The notes under the pieces: model-generated
Database searches by the model: none
The model's input: the letters and a program-made list of their open reading frames with translations, nothing else
Told to the model about the DNA's origin: nothing
In this document: positions 10,344 to 19,130 of the stretch, piece by piece
How positions within the stretch are numbered: the stretch's first letter is position 1
Layout: the number at the start of each line of letters is the position of its first letter
Made by a program: the position numbers and the translations under genes
Source: an uncultured Chloroflexia bacterium
GTDB lineage: Bacteria; Chloroflexota; Limnocylindria; Limnocylindrales; CSP1-4
Direction: 5' to 3'
Length of the DNA: 64,000 nucleotides
Assembly (NCBI GenBank): GCA_963752475.1
Contig: CAVVYR010000008.1
Span: forward strand, 128,001-192,000

Positions 10344-11631
10344 ATGCATCTGCTCAGACGACGACTCATCGGTGCCGCGGTCCTCGCTGCGCTTGCCAGC
10401 CTCGCGGTCGCTACCGTGGCCCTCGGCCAGGACAGCGAGGTCGTCATCATCAAGGACAAGCTCGCGCCCAAGCGGCTGGAGGTGTCAGCCGGCACCGTCG
10501 TCACTTGGCGAAACCAGGACGATGATCGCCATCGGATGCGCTCACGTCAGGGACCCGTGGAATTCGACTCGGGCAACCTGGAGCCTGGCGAGCACTTCAG
10601 CGTGACCTTCGTGGTCTCCGGCGAGTATCCCTACATCGACGAACGCAACGACGAAGACCGCGCCTACTTCGGCACCATCGTCGTGAGCGACGATCGATCA
10701 GCAGGCGGTCCGCCCTCGACGGAGGCGATCGTCACGCTCATCGACGAGTCATTCCAGCCGCCAGCGCTGGAGGTCGCCGTCGGAGCTGTCGTCACCTGGG
10801 AGAACATCGACGGTGATGACGATCACACCGTCACCGCTGACGACGGCGCCTTCAACAGTGGCGTCATGCCCGTCGGCACGGCCTTCGAGCACAGCTTCGA
10901 CGCACCGGGCACCTACCCCTACTTCTGCGCTATCCATCCAGAGATGGTGGGCACGATCACGGTCGTCGGCGAGGCTCCGGCCCAGACCCAGGATGTCGCG
11001 GCTCGAGTCGCCGGCCACGCCATCGACAGCGGTCACTGACGACAGTGCCGACCCCGTCGATGGACCGGTCACCGGGCCGGTCGAGGCCTCCGTCGTCGAC
11101 CTCACGTTCCAGCCCCCCATCATCGAGATCGATGCCGGCGCCAGTGTCACCTGGACCAACGAGGACAGCGTCCCCCACACCGTTACCGCACGGACGGAGG
11201 ACTTCAACTCCGGGGTCATGCAACAGGGCGCTACCTTCAGCCAGACGTTCGATGAGCCTGGCACCTTCGACTACTTCTGCGCCATCCATCCGTCGATGAG
11301 CGGGACGGTCGTGGTCAGCGAGCCCGCAGCCGTCGACGATGCGGTTGACGAAGCCGGCGACACCGCAGCTGAGCCTGTGAGCGCGGCGACGGTCGCTGTC
11401 GTCGACGTGGCCTTCCAGCCGCAGGCCATCGAGATTCCCGTTGGCGCGACCGTGGACTGGACCAACGAGGACCCCTTCGCCCACACCGTGACCGCCAGCG
11501 ACGGCGCCTTCGATTCCGGGAACATGGCTGGCGGGCAGACCTTCAGCCAGACGTTCGACGAGCCTGGCACCTTCGACTACTTCTGCGCCATCCATCCGTC
11601 GATGACCGGAACGATCACCGTCAGCGGCTAG
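10344..11631 (+). pseudogene. Secreted four-domain cupredoxin (plastocyanin/amicyanin-like) with one frameshift near 11000 (possible sequencing error)
   Basis: Signal peptide MHLLRRRLIGAAVL. ORFs 10278..11039 and 10813..11631 join at QDVAA/ESPATP. Three domains have HTVT...YFCAIHPxM; the first lacks the Cys/His/Met ligands. Confidence 0.8.
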
Positions 11632-11881
11632 TCATTCGGTCGAACTGGCCACCGTTCGGCTCGAACGAGGAGGCCAGCTTGGCGAGCGCCTCGATCGGAT
11701 CGTCGGCGCGCGCCTTACGCTCGACCGAGTCTGGTCCGACCGCCACAGCCATCCAATCGTCCGAGCGCTGATCGGGGCTCAGGCCAGTCGATGCGCAGCG
11801 TAGACCCTCCAGTGTCCAACCACTCGGCAGGCGTGCCTGGGTCTCGGCCCAGGCGACCGAGAGGTCGTCGCTATCCGTCAT
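11621..11881 (-). CDS. Small hypothetical protein overlapping the end of the response regulator gene
   Basis: About 86-aa ORF whose start overlaps the regulator stop; protein-like composition. Confidence 0.5.
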   Translation of the reverse strand: MTDSDDLSVAWAETQARLPSGWTLEGLRCASTGLSPDQRSDDWMAVAVGPDSVERKARADDPIEALAKLASSFEPNGGQFDRMTSR

Positions 11882-12524
11882 CTTCACTCCTCTGCGGTGG
11901 GCCCTCCCGGGCCACGAGCAGCGCCGCCTCGACGCGGCTGCGGACCTGCAGCTTGCCGAGGATGTTGGTCATGTAGTGCTTGATGGTCTTCTCCGCGAGA
12001 CCCAGCCGCTCGCCGACCTCCTGGTTGCTCAGACCCTCGGCCACGAGCTCCAGCACCTCCCGCTCCCGCTCGGTCAGCTCGTCATAGGGAGACGTGCGCG
12101 GTTCCCGCATCTCGCGCAGCATGCCCCACGCGAGCGCCGGCGCGACGTAGACCTCGCCGGCATGGACCGAGCGGATGACACCTGCCAACTCACTGGCGCC
12201 GGCACCCTTGAGGACGTACCCGGACGCTCCGGCCTTCATCGCGGCCAGGAGGTCATCCTCGTCCTCGGACACGGTGAGCATCACGATTCGCGTGGCTGGA
12301 CAGGCCACCGCGATACGCTGCGCGGTCTCGAGTCCGCCTCCGGGCATGTTGATGTCAAGGATCATCACGTCCGGCAGCTCGACCCTCGCGAGCACCAGTG
12401 CCGCTGACCCGTCGGCGGCATCGCCCACGACCTCGATGCCGTCCTCTTCGCGCAGGGACATCACCACACCGGCGCGGAACATGGGATGGTCGTCCGCGAC
12501 GGCGACGCGGATGGTGTCGGTCAT
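11871..12524 (-). CDS. NarL/LuxR-family DNA-binding response regulator
   Basis: ADDHPMFR, LDINMPG (phospho-Asp), GYVLK, HTH LTEREREVLELVAEGLSNQE...TIKHYMTNILGKL. Confidence 0.93.
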   Translation of the reverse strand: MTDTIRVAVADDHPMFRAGVVMSLREEDGIEVVGDAADGSAALVLARVELPDVMILDINMPGGGLETAQRIAVACPATRIVMLTVSEDEDDLLAAMKAGASGYVLKGAGASELAGVIRSVHAGEVYVAPALAWGMLREMREPRTSPYDELTEREREVLELVAEGLSNQEVGERLGLAEKTIKHYMTNILGKLQVRSRVEAALLVAREGPPQRSEDDG

Positions 12525-14022
12525 GGCTCGATCCCACCGTTGTGTACCGGCCACCATACGTGGAGCTCGGTGCCCGTTCCAGGGGTCGACGCGATCGCGA
12601 ACGTGCCACCAAGGACCTCGGCCTGCTCGCGGATGCCGGCGAGGCCCAGGCCCTCATTCGAGGCGAGGATGGACGGATCGAACCCCGAGCCTGCATCGCG
12701 CACGACGAGCAGCACCCCGGCCCGGCCCGACCGCCCGGGACCCGAGGCGCCGCGAAGCTCGACGTCCACGACATCGACTCCGCCGTGTCGGGTGGCGTTC
12801 GAGAGGGACTCCTGCATGGCACGGAACAGGGCGATCCTGACGGGGAGCGGCACATCGGACGGCAGGTCGTGGGCATCGAGCTGGACGTTGGTGCCACTGC
12901 GGCGTTCATGGTCCTCGACGGCGCGTTCGGCGACCTCCGCGATCGTCATCGAGGCCAGCTCGGGCAATCGCAGGCCCGCGGCGACAGCGCGCATGTCGGT
13001 CATCGCCTCCTGCAGCACCTTCTCGACCTCCAGCGATCTCGGCAGCGCTCGGCGAGTCTCCGTGCTCGGCCCGCTTCTGCAGTCGGTCGAGCCGCAGCAT
13101 CGCAAGAGAGAGCATCTGGGCGGGCCCGTCGTGGAGATCGCTGCTGACCCGGCGCATGGAGCGCTCGTTGAGCGTCGTCGTGCGCTCGGCCGCGGAGTGC
13201 ACTCGCTCGTTCAGCTCCGCGTTCTCCTCGAGCAGGTCGGTGAGCTCATCGACCTGGCGCGAGAGCGCCACCTCCTGGCGCTGGATGGTGTCGCTGCCAC
13301 GTTTGACCACCCGCCACAGGAGCAGGCCGGCGAGGACGATGGCCAGCGTGACCAACCCCCACGCGGTCAGGCGGGCCTGCGCGACCTGGTCGTCGATGTC
13401 CTTGGGCGGCAGATAGAACTCCGCGACGGCGATGATGTCCTCCGTGCCACGCTCGCGGACCGGGATATACATCTCGAGCAGGCGGTCCCAGTACTGCCGC
13501 TCCCACTCGTTCTCTTCGCCGGAGAGATCATCCATCTCGGTCACGACCTCACCAGCCCAGGCTTCTGCGAGGTGTCCCTCGACCGGAAAGCGCTGACCGA
13601 TGAGCTTGGAGTACGGGCTGTAGATGACCTCGCCATCACGCGACCACAGTCGCAGCGAGCGGACTCGATCGGAGAGCGCGCTCGATGCGAGATGACCGTC
13701 GAGCGTCTCGATCTCCTCGGGTGTGAGCTTGCCGCCGCCGGAGAGCGAGGCGACGCTGGGCTCGATGATCGACTCGACGTAGAGCGCCGTCACCGAGGCG
13801 GTGCGGTCGACGATGCTCCGCTCGAGCTGATCGCCGATCCAGACGACCCACGGCCAGCCCGGCCACGAGCAGGATGGCGAGGTTGGCCAGCAGGAAACGC
13901 TGGGCAAGCGACAGCCGGTCCAGCCATCCTGGCGTGCGTCGCCCGGTCCGATCCGAACCCGGCTCACGCGGGTCCGTTGGCGCAGGGGGAATGGCCGGAT
14001 CGGCGTCGACGGTCGGGGGCAT
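12521..14022 (-). pseudogene. Membrane sensor histidine kinase (HisKA_3/NarX type) with frameshifts near 13845 and 13035 (possible sequencing errors)
   Basis: Three ORF pieces give TM1, an extracytoplasmic domain plus TM2 plus DLHDGPAQ, and an HATPase (QESLSNATRHG, VRDAGSGF, GLGLAGIRE). Its stop overlaps the regulator ATG. Confidence 0.85.
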
Positions 14023-14057
14023 CGCCCGAATGGTAGGGGCAGATGCCGGTCAGGGCA

Positions 14058-14099
14058 TCGGACCAAGGTCCGAATCACTTCCCGACTGCGGCCCATTCC
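14058..14099. promoter_or_regulatory. Palindromic operator TCGGACC-AA-GGTCCGA with secondary site GACTGCGGCCCATTCC
   Basis: Perfect 7-bp arms in the divergent region between the kinase and the secreted gene; the same arrangement recurs at 16776. Confidence 0.6.
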
Positions 14100-14180
14100 C
14101 GCCTCACCCCCGCAGCGGGACCATGCCTGCACACCCGCACGCAATGAAGCGAAGGGTCATCGTATGGAGTCAACATCGCA

Positions 14181-14588
14181 ATGCGAAGGATCGCCGTGGG
14201 CCGTGCCACGGCCCTCATCACCAGCGTGCTGGTCGCGACGACGCTCATGGCGGCACCCATGACCGCGAGCGCCAAGGATGGCGACGTCATCCGGCGTGGC
14301 GAGTGCACCGCTCGCTCGGACTGGAAGCTCAAGCTGAGCCCGGAGAACGGCCGCATCGAAGTCGAGTTCGAGGTCGACCAGAACCGCAATGGGCAGAAGT
14401 GGAACATCCGCATGAAGCGCAACGGCAAGGTGTTCTGGCGTGGTACCAGACGCACACAGCCACCGAGCGGCTCGTTCGAAGTCCGTCGCCTCACGCGCAA
14501 CGGCGCCGGCGCCGAGAGGATCGTCGTCCGCGCCCGAAACCCGCGAACCGGCGAGGTCTGTCGCGGCACGGCCAAGTTCCGGGGGTAG
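14181..14588 (+). CDS. Secreted hypothetical protein (basic, beta-rich, two Cys)
   Basis: Signal peptide ending TASA, then KDGDVIRRGECTARSDWKLKL...EVEFEVD; GGAG upstream. Confidence 0.75.
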   Translation: MRRIAVGRATALITSVLVATTLMAAPMTASAKDGDVIRRGECTARSDWKLKLSPENGRIEVEFEVDQNRNGQKWNIRMKRNGKVFWRGTRRTQPPSGSFEVRRLTRNGAGAERIVVRARNPRTGEVCRGTAKFRG

Positions 14589-14620
14589 AAACGAACACGG
14601 GGGCCAACGAGGAGACACCA

Positions 14621-15451
14621 ATGACTGACATCACGACCCACCGACGCACGTTCACCACCATGAGCCTGGCCGGAGCGATCGCGCTCACCGCCGCGCTCGC
14701 TGCACCAGCCGTGGCCACCACCCACGAAGGCGAGCTCCACGTGGAGACGGCCACCGATGATCTCGGCACCTACCTGGTCGATGCCGAGGGCATGACCTTG
14801 TACTACTTCACCAGGGACGTCACCCCAGGTCTGAGCGTCTGCTTCGGGGGCTGTCTCGAGGCTTGGCCCCCGCTCTTGCTGGGAGACGGCGAGGAGCTCG
14901 CAGCGGGTGACGGCGTGAGCGGCACTCTAGGTGCCGTGCCGCGGACCGACGACGGCTCGATGCACGTCACCTATCGTGGCCGGCCGCTCTACTACTGGCA
15001 GGGCGACACTGCCCCGGGCGAGACCACGGGCGAGGGCGTCGGAGAGGTCTGGTTCGTAGCGCAGGAGGACGGCTCGATGCCGGAGAACCCACCGGCGCTG
15101 ACGATCGAGTCCGAGACGACCGACCTGGGCACGTTCCTGGTCGGCCAGGACGGCTTGACCACGTACTACTTCGAGGCCGACACCACGCCGGGGGTCAGCG
15201 TGTGCGAAGGCGATTGCCTCGTGGCCTGGCCCCCGGTCACGGTCCCGCCCGGCAACACCGTCGCTACGGGCGAAGGCGTCACCGGCGTGCTCGGGCTCAT
15301 CACCGGCACCGACGGCTCCACGCAGGTCACCTACGACGGCCGGCCGTTGTACTACTGGCAGGGCGACACCGAGGCCGGCCAGACCACCGGCCACGGCGTG
15401 AACGACATCTGGTGGGTCGCTGATGTGAGCGGATCCCTCCCGGCACGATAG
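14621..15451 (+). CDS. Secreted COG4315 / Lipoprotein_15-repeat protein with two tandem domains
   Basis: Two copies of G.TxYYF..D...SVC.G.CL.AWPP...G...VTY.GRPLYYWQGD...G.GV..W; signal peptide; RBS GAGGAG. Confidence 0.85.
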   Translation: MTDITTHRRTFTTMSLAGAIALTAALAAPAVATTHEGELHVETATDDLGTYLVDAEGMTLYYFTRDVTPGLSVCFGGCLEAWPPLLLGDGEELAAGDGVSGTLGAVPRTDDGSMHVTYRGRPLYYWQGDTAPGETTGEGVGEVWFVAQEDGSMPENPPALTIESETTDLGTFLVGQDGLTTYYFEADTTPGVSVCEGDCLVAWPPVTVPPGNTVATGEGVTGVLGLITGTDGSTQVTYDGRPLYYWQGDTEAGQTTGHGVNDIWWVADVSGSLPAR

Positions 15452-15471
15452 CGATCGAGCCACTCCCCTCG

Positions 15472-15507
15472 GCGACACCGGCCCTCGATGCCCAGGGCCG
15501 GTGTCGC
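15472..15507 (+). terminator. 14-bp stem-loop, probable terminator
   Basis: GCGACACCGGCCCT-N8-AGGGCCGGTGTCGC just after the COG4315 stop codon. Confidence 0.6.
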
Positions 15508-15524
15508 GCTTCCTCCCGTACGGA

Positions 15525-15553
15525 TGTATCCATCCGGCGCCTGCATCCGTAGT
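15525..15553 (+). promoter_or_regulatory. Candidate ECF sigma promoter TGTATCC-N16-CGTAGT
   Basis: ECF-like -35/-10 arrangement upstream of the DUF2892 and ECF sigma genes. Confidence 0.3.
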
Positions 15554-15610
15554 AGGGAGTGGAGGCGGCCGAGAACCGAAGCGTCGCCTAAGACCCAAGG
15601 AGTAAGCACC

Positions 15611-15877
15611 ATGACCATCAACACCGAGAAGCCGAACTGGTTCGCTGCAAGCTGGTTCGGCCAGTGCATGTCGTCCACGCGGGGCCGGATCGGCCGCATG
15701 GTCGGTGGCATCGCCCTCATCGCCATCGGGCTGTTCGCCCTCGGAGGAGCAGCCGGCATCGTCCTCGCGGCTGTCGGTCTCGTGCCCCTGCTCGCCGGCG
15801 CGTTCGACGTTTGCATCTTCAGTGCGCTCTTCGGCGGCCCGCTCCGCGGCTCCGATGTCCGCTCCTGCGCCCGCTAG
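15611..15877 (+). CDS. DUF2892 (YgaP-like) small membrane protein
   Basis: GRIGRMVGG, two TM segments, AGAFDVCIFSALFG; RBS AAGGAG. Confidence 0.75.
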   Translation: MTINTEKPNWFAASWFGQCMSSTRGRIGRMVGGIALIAIGLFALGGAAGIVLAAVGLVPLLAGAFDVCIFSALFGGPLRGSDVRSCAR

Positions 15878-16028
15878 CGACGAACCGTGGTCGATACGAA
15901 GGCCTTGACGGCCTCCCGGCGGAGGGTCACGGACCGAGCCTGATCCCGTCCGGGCTCAGTCCCTCGCTCCTGAGCCCGACTTCGCGACTCGGCTGTCTGG
16001 TGAGCTACCACGGCTGACCAAGCTGGCA

Positions 16029-16733
16029 TTGCGTTTGGCGCAAGATCCCGCGCGGGCCGAGGACCTTGTCCAGGAGACTGCGCTCCGAGCCTGGTCGAAG
16101 CAGGACCTGCTTCGGTCCGGAGCACCCATCGGACCATGGCTCAATCGCATCCTGGTCAACCTCGCCATCGACCGATCCCGTGCTCGGCGAGACGAAGTCG
16201 ACCTCGCTGACGTCGAGGATCGTTGGCGGGATGACGACTACACCGTGGACCCGGCTCAGGTCATGGCCCGTGCCGAGCAACGCGAAGACCTCGAGGATGC
16301 GCTCGCACGCTTGCCGGTCGGCTATCGCACCGTCGTGGTGTTGCATGACGCGGCCGGGATGACCACGCCTGCCATCGCCGACGCGCTCGACATCGGGCTG
16401 CCGGCTGCCAAACAGCGCCTACGCCGCGGAAGGATGATGCTGGTGAGTGCTCTCGCAGAGGATGATCCCAAGCGTGTTGCCAGTCTCGCCCAGCCGATGC
16501 GTTGCTGGAAGGCTCGCAGCCAGATCTCGGCCTACCTCGACGATGAGCTGCCGAACGAGGGTCGACGAGCCATCGAGGGTCACCTCGCCGAGTGCCCGAC
16601 CTGCCCTCCACTCTATGCCGGCCTCGTCAGCCTGCAGGAGACACTCGGAGAGCTGCGCGACACCGACAGGGTCGTCCCGAGCGAGATCGCGGCGCGGATC
16701 ACGGAGACCCTCGAGAGGCTGAAGGCCTCCTGA
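16029..16733 (+). CDS. ECF sigma-70 factor with fused C-terminal zf-HC2 (ZAS) zinc-binding domain; true start uncertain
   Basis: AEDLVQET, WLNRILVNLAID, region 4 (LARLPVGYRTVVVL...AAKQRLRRGR), then C...SAYLDDEL...HLAECPTC. The frame stays open upstream to 15909 without a start codon. Confidence 0.85.
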   Translation: MRLAQDPARAEDLVQETALRAWSKQDLLRSGAPIGPWLNRILVNLAIDRSRARRDEVDLADVEDRWRDDDYTVDPAQVMARAEQREDLEDALARLPVGYRTVVVLHDAAGMTTPAIADALDIGLPAAKQRLRRGRMMLVSALAEDDPKRVASLAQPMRCWKARSQISAYLDDELPNEGRRAIEGHLAECPTCPPLYAGLVSLQETLGELRDTDRVVPSEIAARITETLERLKAS

Positions 16734-16775
16734 CGGGTGATGGCAGCAGACACTCCAGCGTTGGCGGACCCGGGT

Positions 16776-16818
16776 TCGGACCTAGGTCCGATGGCTCCGC
16801 CAGACGTTCGCCCATTCC
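16776..16818. promoter_or_regulatory. Perfect 16-bp palindrome TCGGACCTAGGTCCGA with secondary site GACGTTCGCCCATTCC
   Basis: Second copy of the 14058 motif, about 160 bp upstream of the GTG at 16950. Confidence 0.6.
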
Positions 16819-16949
16819 GCGCCGTGGCAGTGGCGAATATGTTCACGGCCACCGAAGAGTTGGTGCTGGTCGGACCGGCCATCAGGCATCCACAGCCCGT
16901 GGCTGTGTCACTCGCGATCATCAAGCCGTCAAGGACACAAGGAGATCCC

Positions 16950-17580
16950 GTGAAGCAGACCAGATTGGGCCGCGTGGTGGCCATCGCGGCGACCGCGTCG
17001 TTGTTAGCATCGATGGCAGCCGCATCCGTGGCGGCCCCCACGTTCGCGGCCAAGAAGACCTGTGCCGGCCGCGCCGCGACCATCGTCGGTACGGCGCTAA
17101 GCGAAACCATCGTCGGTACGCCGCGCCGCGACGTGATCGTGGCCCGTGGCGGCAATGACGTCATCCGTGGTCGCGGAGGCAACGACATCGTGTGCGGTGG
17201 GCCCGGAAACGACAAGCTGGTGGGCGCGCGCGGCGCTGACCGGCTCTTCGGTGGGCCCGGAAACGACCGCATCTTCGGCGGAAGCGGAAAGGACATCTGC
17301 CGGCAGGGCTCGGGCCGCGGCGTCAGGGTGCGTTGTGAGCTGCCGCGTTCCGTCGCTGCCTCGCCAAGCCCCTCGCCTGCGCCCGACGCGACGGCTGCCC
17401 CATCGGCCAGCCCCTCGGCCTCGCCATCGGCCAGCCCCTCGGCCTAGCCAAGCGGCCTCGCCATCGGCCAGCCCCTCCGCCTCGCCATCGGCCAGCCCCT
17501 CGGCCTCGCCATCGGCCAGCCCCTCGGCTTCGCCATCGGCCAGCCCCTCGGCCGCGCCAAGCGCCTCGCCAGAGTCGTAG
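16950..17580 (+). CDS. Secreted hemolysin-type Ca-binding-repeat protein with Ala-Ser-Pro-Ser tail (premature TAG plus indel at about 17445)
   Basis: Signal peptide, CAGRAATIVGT, GGNDVIRG/GGPGNDxLxG nonapeptides. The SASP repeats continue in another frame to 17580. Confidence 0.75.
17398..17572 (+). repeat. Coding tandem repeat, 24-bp unit (gcctcgccatcggccagcccctcg) encoding ASPSASPS
   Basis: About 6-7 near-identical units visible in the sequence. Confidence 0.9.
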
Positions 17581-17594
17581 ACGGGCCCGGCTCC

Positions 17595-18168
17595 TTAGAG
17601 CAAGCCAAGGCCCTGCGCGACCAGGGCTACACCGAAGATGGCGAAGGCTCCGGCGGCGAGGAGCTTGATCGAGCGCTCCGGCAGTCGCGTGCCGATCGCC
17701 GCTCCGATGGCTACTGCGATGGCGTTGGCAGCGACCATCCCCGACGTCGATCCCAGCCATACGCCAAGCGGCTCCTCGGTGGTGGCGAGGGTCATGGCTG
17801 CGAGCATGGTCTTGTCTCCGAACTCGGCGAGGAAGAACGCGGCGCCGATCGCCAACAACGCCCGACCGCCGGAGCGCCGCTCGTAGTCGGTGAGCGTCCT
17901 CATCGGACCCGTCACCCTGCATCGTCCACGCCGCGAAGCCGAGGAAGACGATGCCTGCCGTGACCTGGATCAGCTCGGTCGGGAGTGCCATCGCGATGGT
18001 GGTGCCGACGATGACCGAGCCGGCGTTCAGGAGCACCGTGGCCCCGGTGATGGCCACGAGCACGGTGGCGGCACGGTATCGAGTGGCGAAGGCCAACGAC
18101 ATCAACTGGCTTTTGTCGCCCATCTCGGCGAGGAAGATGACTACGAAAGAGAGGACGAATGCTTCCAT
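17595..18168 (-). pseudogene. TMEM165/GDT1 (UPF0016) Mn2+/Ca2+ transporter, frameshifted near 17900
   Basis: Two family motifs, LAEMGDKSQL and LAEFGDKTML, lie in different frames. Confidence 0.85.
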
Positions 18169-18185
18169 GACGGGCCGAGGTGCTG

Positions 18186-19130
18186 CTACCCGGCCGTGAC
18201 CGCCTCCACGACAGCGGTCGCGATCGCGATGTCCTGCACCGCCACGCCGGTGGAGTCGAAGACCGTGATCTGCCCGCCGGACGTGCGCCCGACGGCCTCC
18301 CCTGCCAGCACGCGACCCAGCTCCACCGCCTTCTCGAACTCGATGGCTCCGGCAGCCACGGCACGCGAGATCTCACCGCGCGAACGGCACTGCTCCAGGC
18401 TGTCGGCCACGACCACGTCGGCCAGCGCCAGCACGTCGGCGCCGAGCTCCTGCTTCTCGGCCGTGTCGGAGCCGATGGCGGTGATGTGGGTGCCCGGCCG
18501 AACCTGGGCCGCCGCGAGCAGCGGCTCGGTCGCGGATGTCGTGGTCACGATGAGCCGCGCGGTGGCCGCCACCTCGGCAGGCGACTCGGCCGCCCTCACC
18601 TCCCAGCCGGACGCGGCCATCGACGCACGGTAAGCCTCGAGCCGCTGACGGTCCCGGCCCCAGGCCACGACCTCGCGGGTCTCGAACAGCGGCGCCAGCT
18701 GCATCAGCTGCAGGCGCGCCTGCACACCCGTTCCGAGGACCCCGATGCGCTCCACCTCTGGTGGCGCCAGCAGCCGTGCCGCCACGGCCCCGGCCGCAGC
18801 GGTGCGCACGTCGGTCAGATGGCCCTCGTCGAGCAGCACCGCCTCCGGCTCGCCGGTGTCCTGGCGGAAGACGAGCATCAGACCGTTGCTCGAGGCCAGG
18901 CCCAGCGACGGATTCTCGTAGAAGCCGCTCGCGACCTTGATGACGTAGTAGTCGTCGCCCGTGACGGCGCCATACTTGATGTGGACCTCGCCCTTCTCGA
19001 GCAGCAGCTCGCCCACCGGCGGCACGATCGCCCGGCCGGCCGAGTAGCCCCGGAAGGCCTCTTCGGTGAGCGGCAGCAGATCCAGGCCGGCGAGGACCGC
19101 TTCGATGCGGGCGCGTTCGACGATGCGCAT
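18186..19130 (-). CDS. Ornithine cyclodeaminase/mu-crystallin family protein
   Basis: LTDVRTAAAGAVAA, GTGVQA, HITAIGSD, VFDSTGVAVQD. Confidence 0.9.
   Translation of the reverse strand: MRIVERARIEAVLAGLDLLPLTEEAFRGYSAGRAIVPPVGELLLEKGEVHIKYGAVTGDDYYVIKVASGFYENPSLGLASSNGLMLVFRQDTGEPEAVLLDEGHLTDVRTAAAGAVAARLLAPPEVERIGVLGTGVQARLQLMQLAPLFETREVVAWGRDRQRLEAYRASMAASGWEVRAAESPAEVAATARLIVTTTSATEPLLAAAQVRPGTHITAIGSDTAEKQELGADVLALADVVVADSLEQCRSRGEISRAVAAGAIEFEKAVELGRVLAGEAVGRTSGGQITVFDSTGVAVQDIAIATAVVEAVTAG

Noticed and set aside
17445-17447. In-frame TAG as pyrrolysine or readthrough
   Set aside because: An extra base follows a few nt later, so readthrough alone would not restore the frame; TCG/GCG-to-TAG error or mutation is simpler, and no pyl genes are present.
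17398-17572. Regular 24-bp repeats as a CRISPR array
   Set aside because: No unique spacers and no cas genes; the repeats encode an ASPS linker.
10990-17920. Programmed ribosomal frameshifting
   Set aside because: No slippery heptamers were evident at the junctions, and these families are not known to use recoding.
18168-18186. yybP-ykoY Mn riboswitch upstream of GDT1
   Set aside because: Only 17 nt separate GDT1 from the upstream gene, leaving no room.
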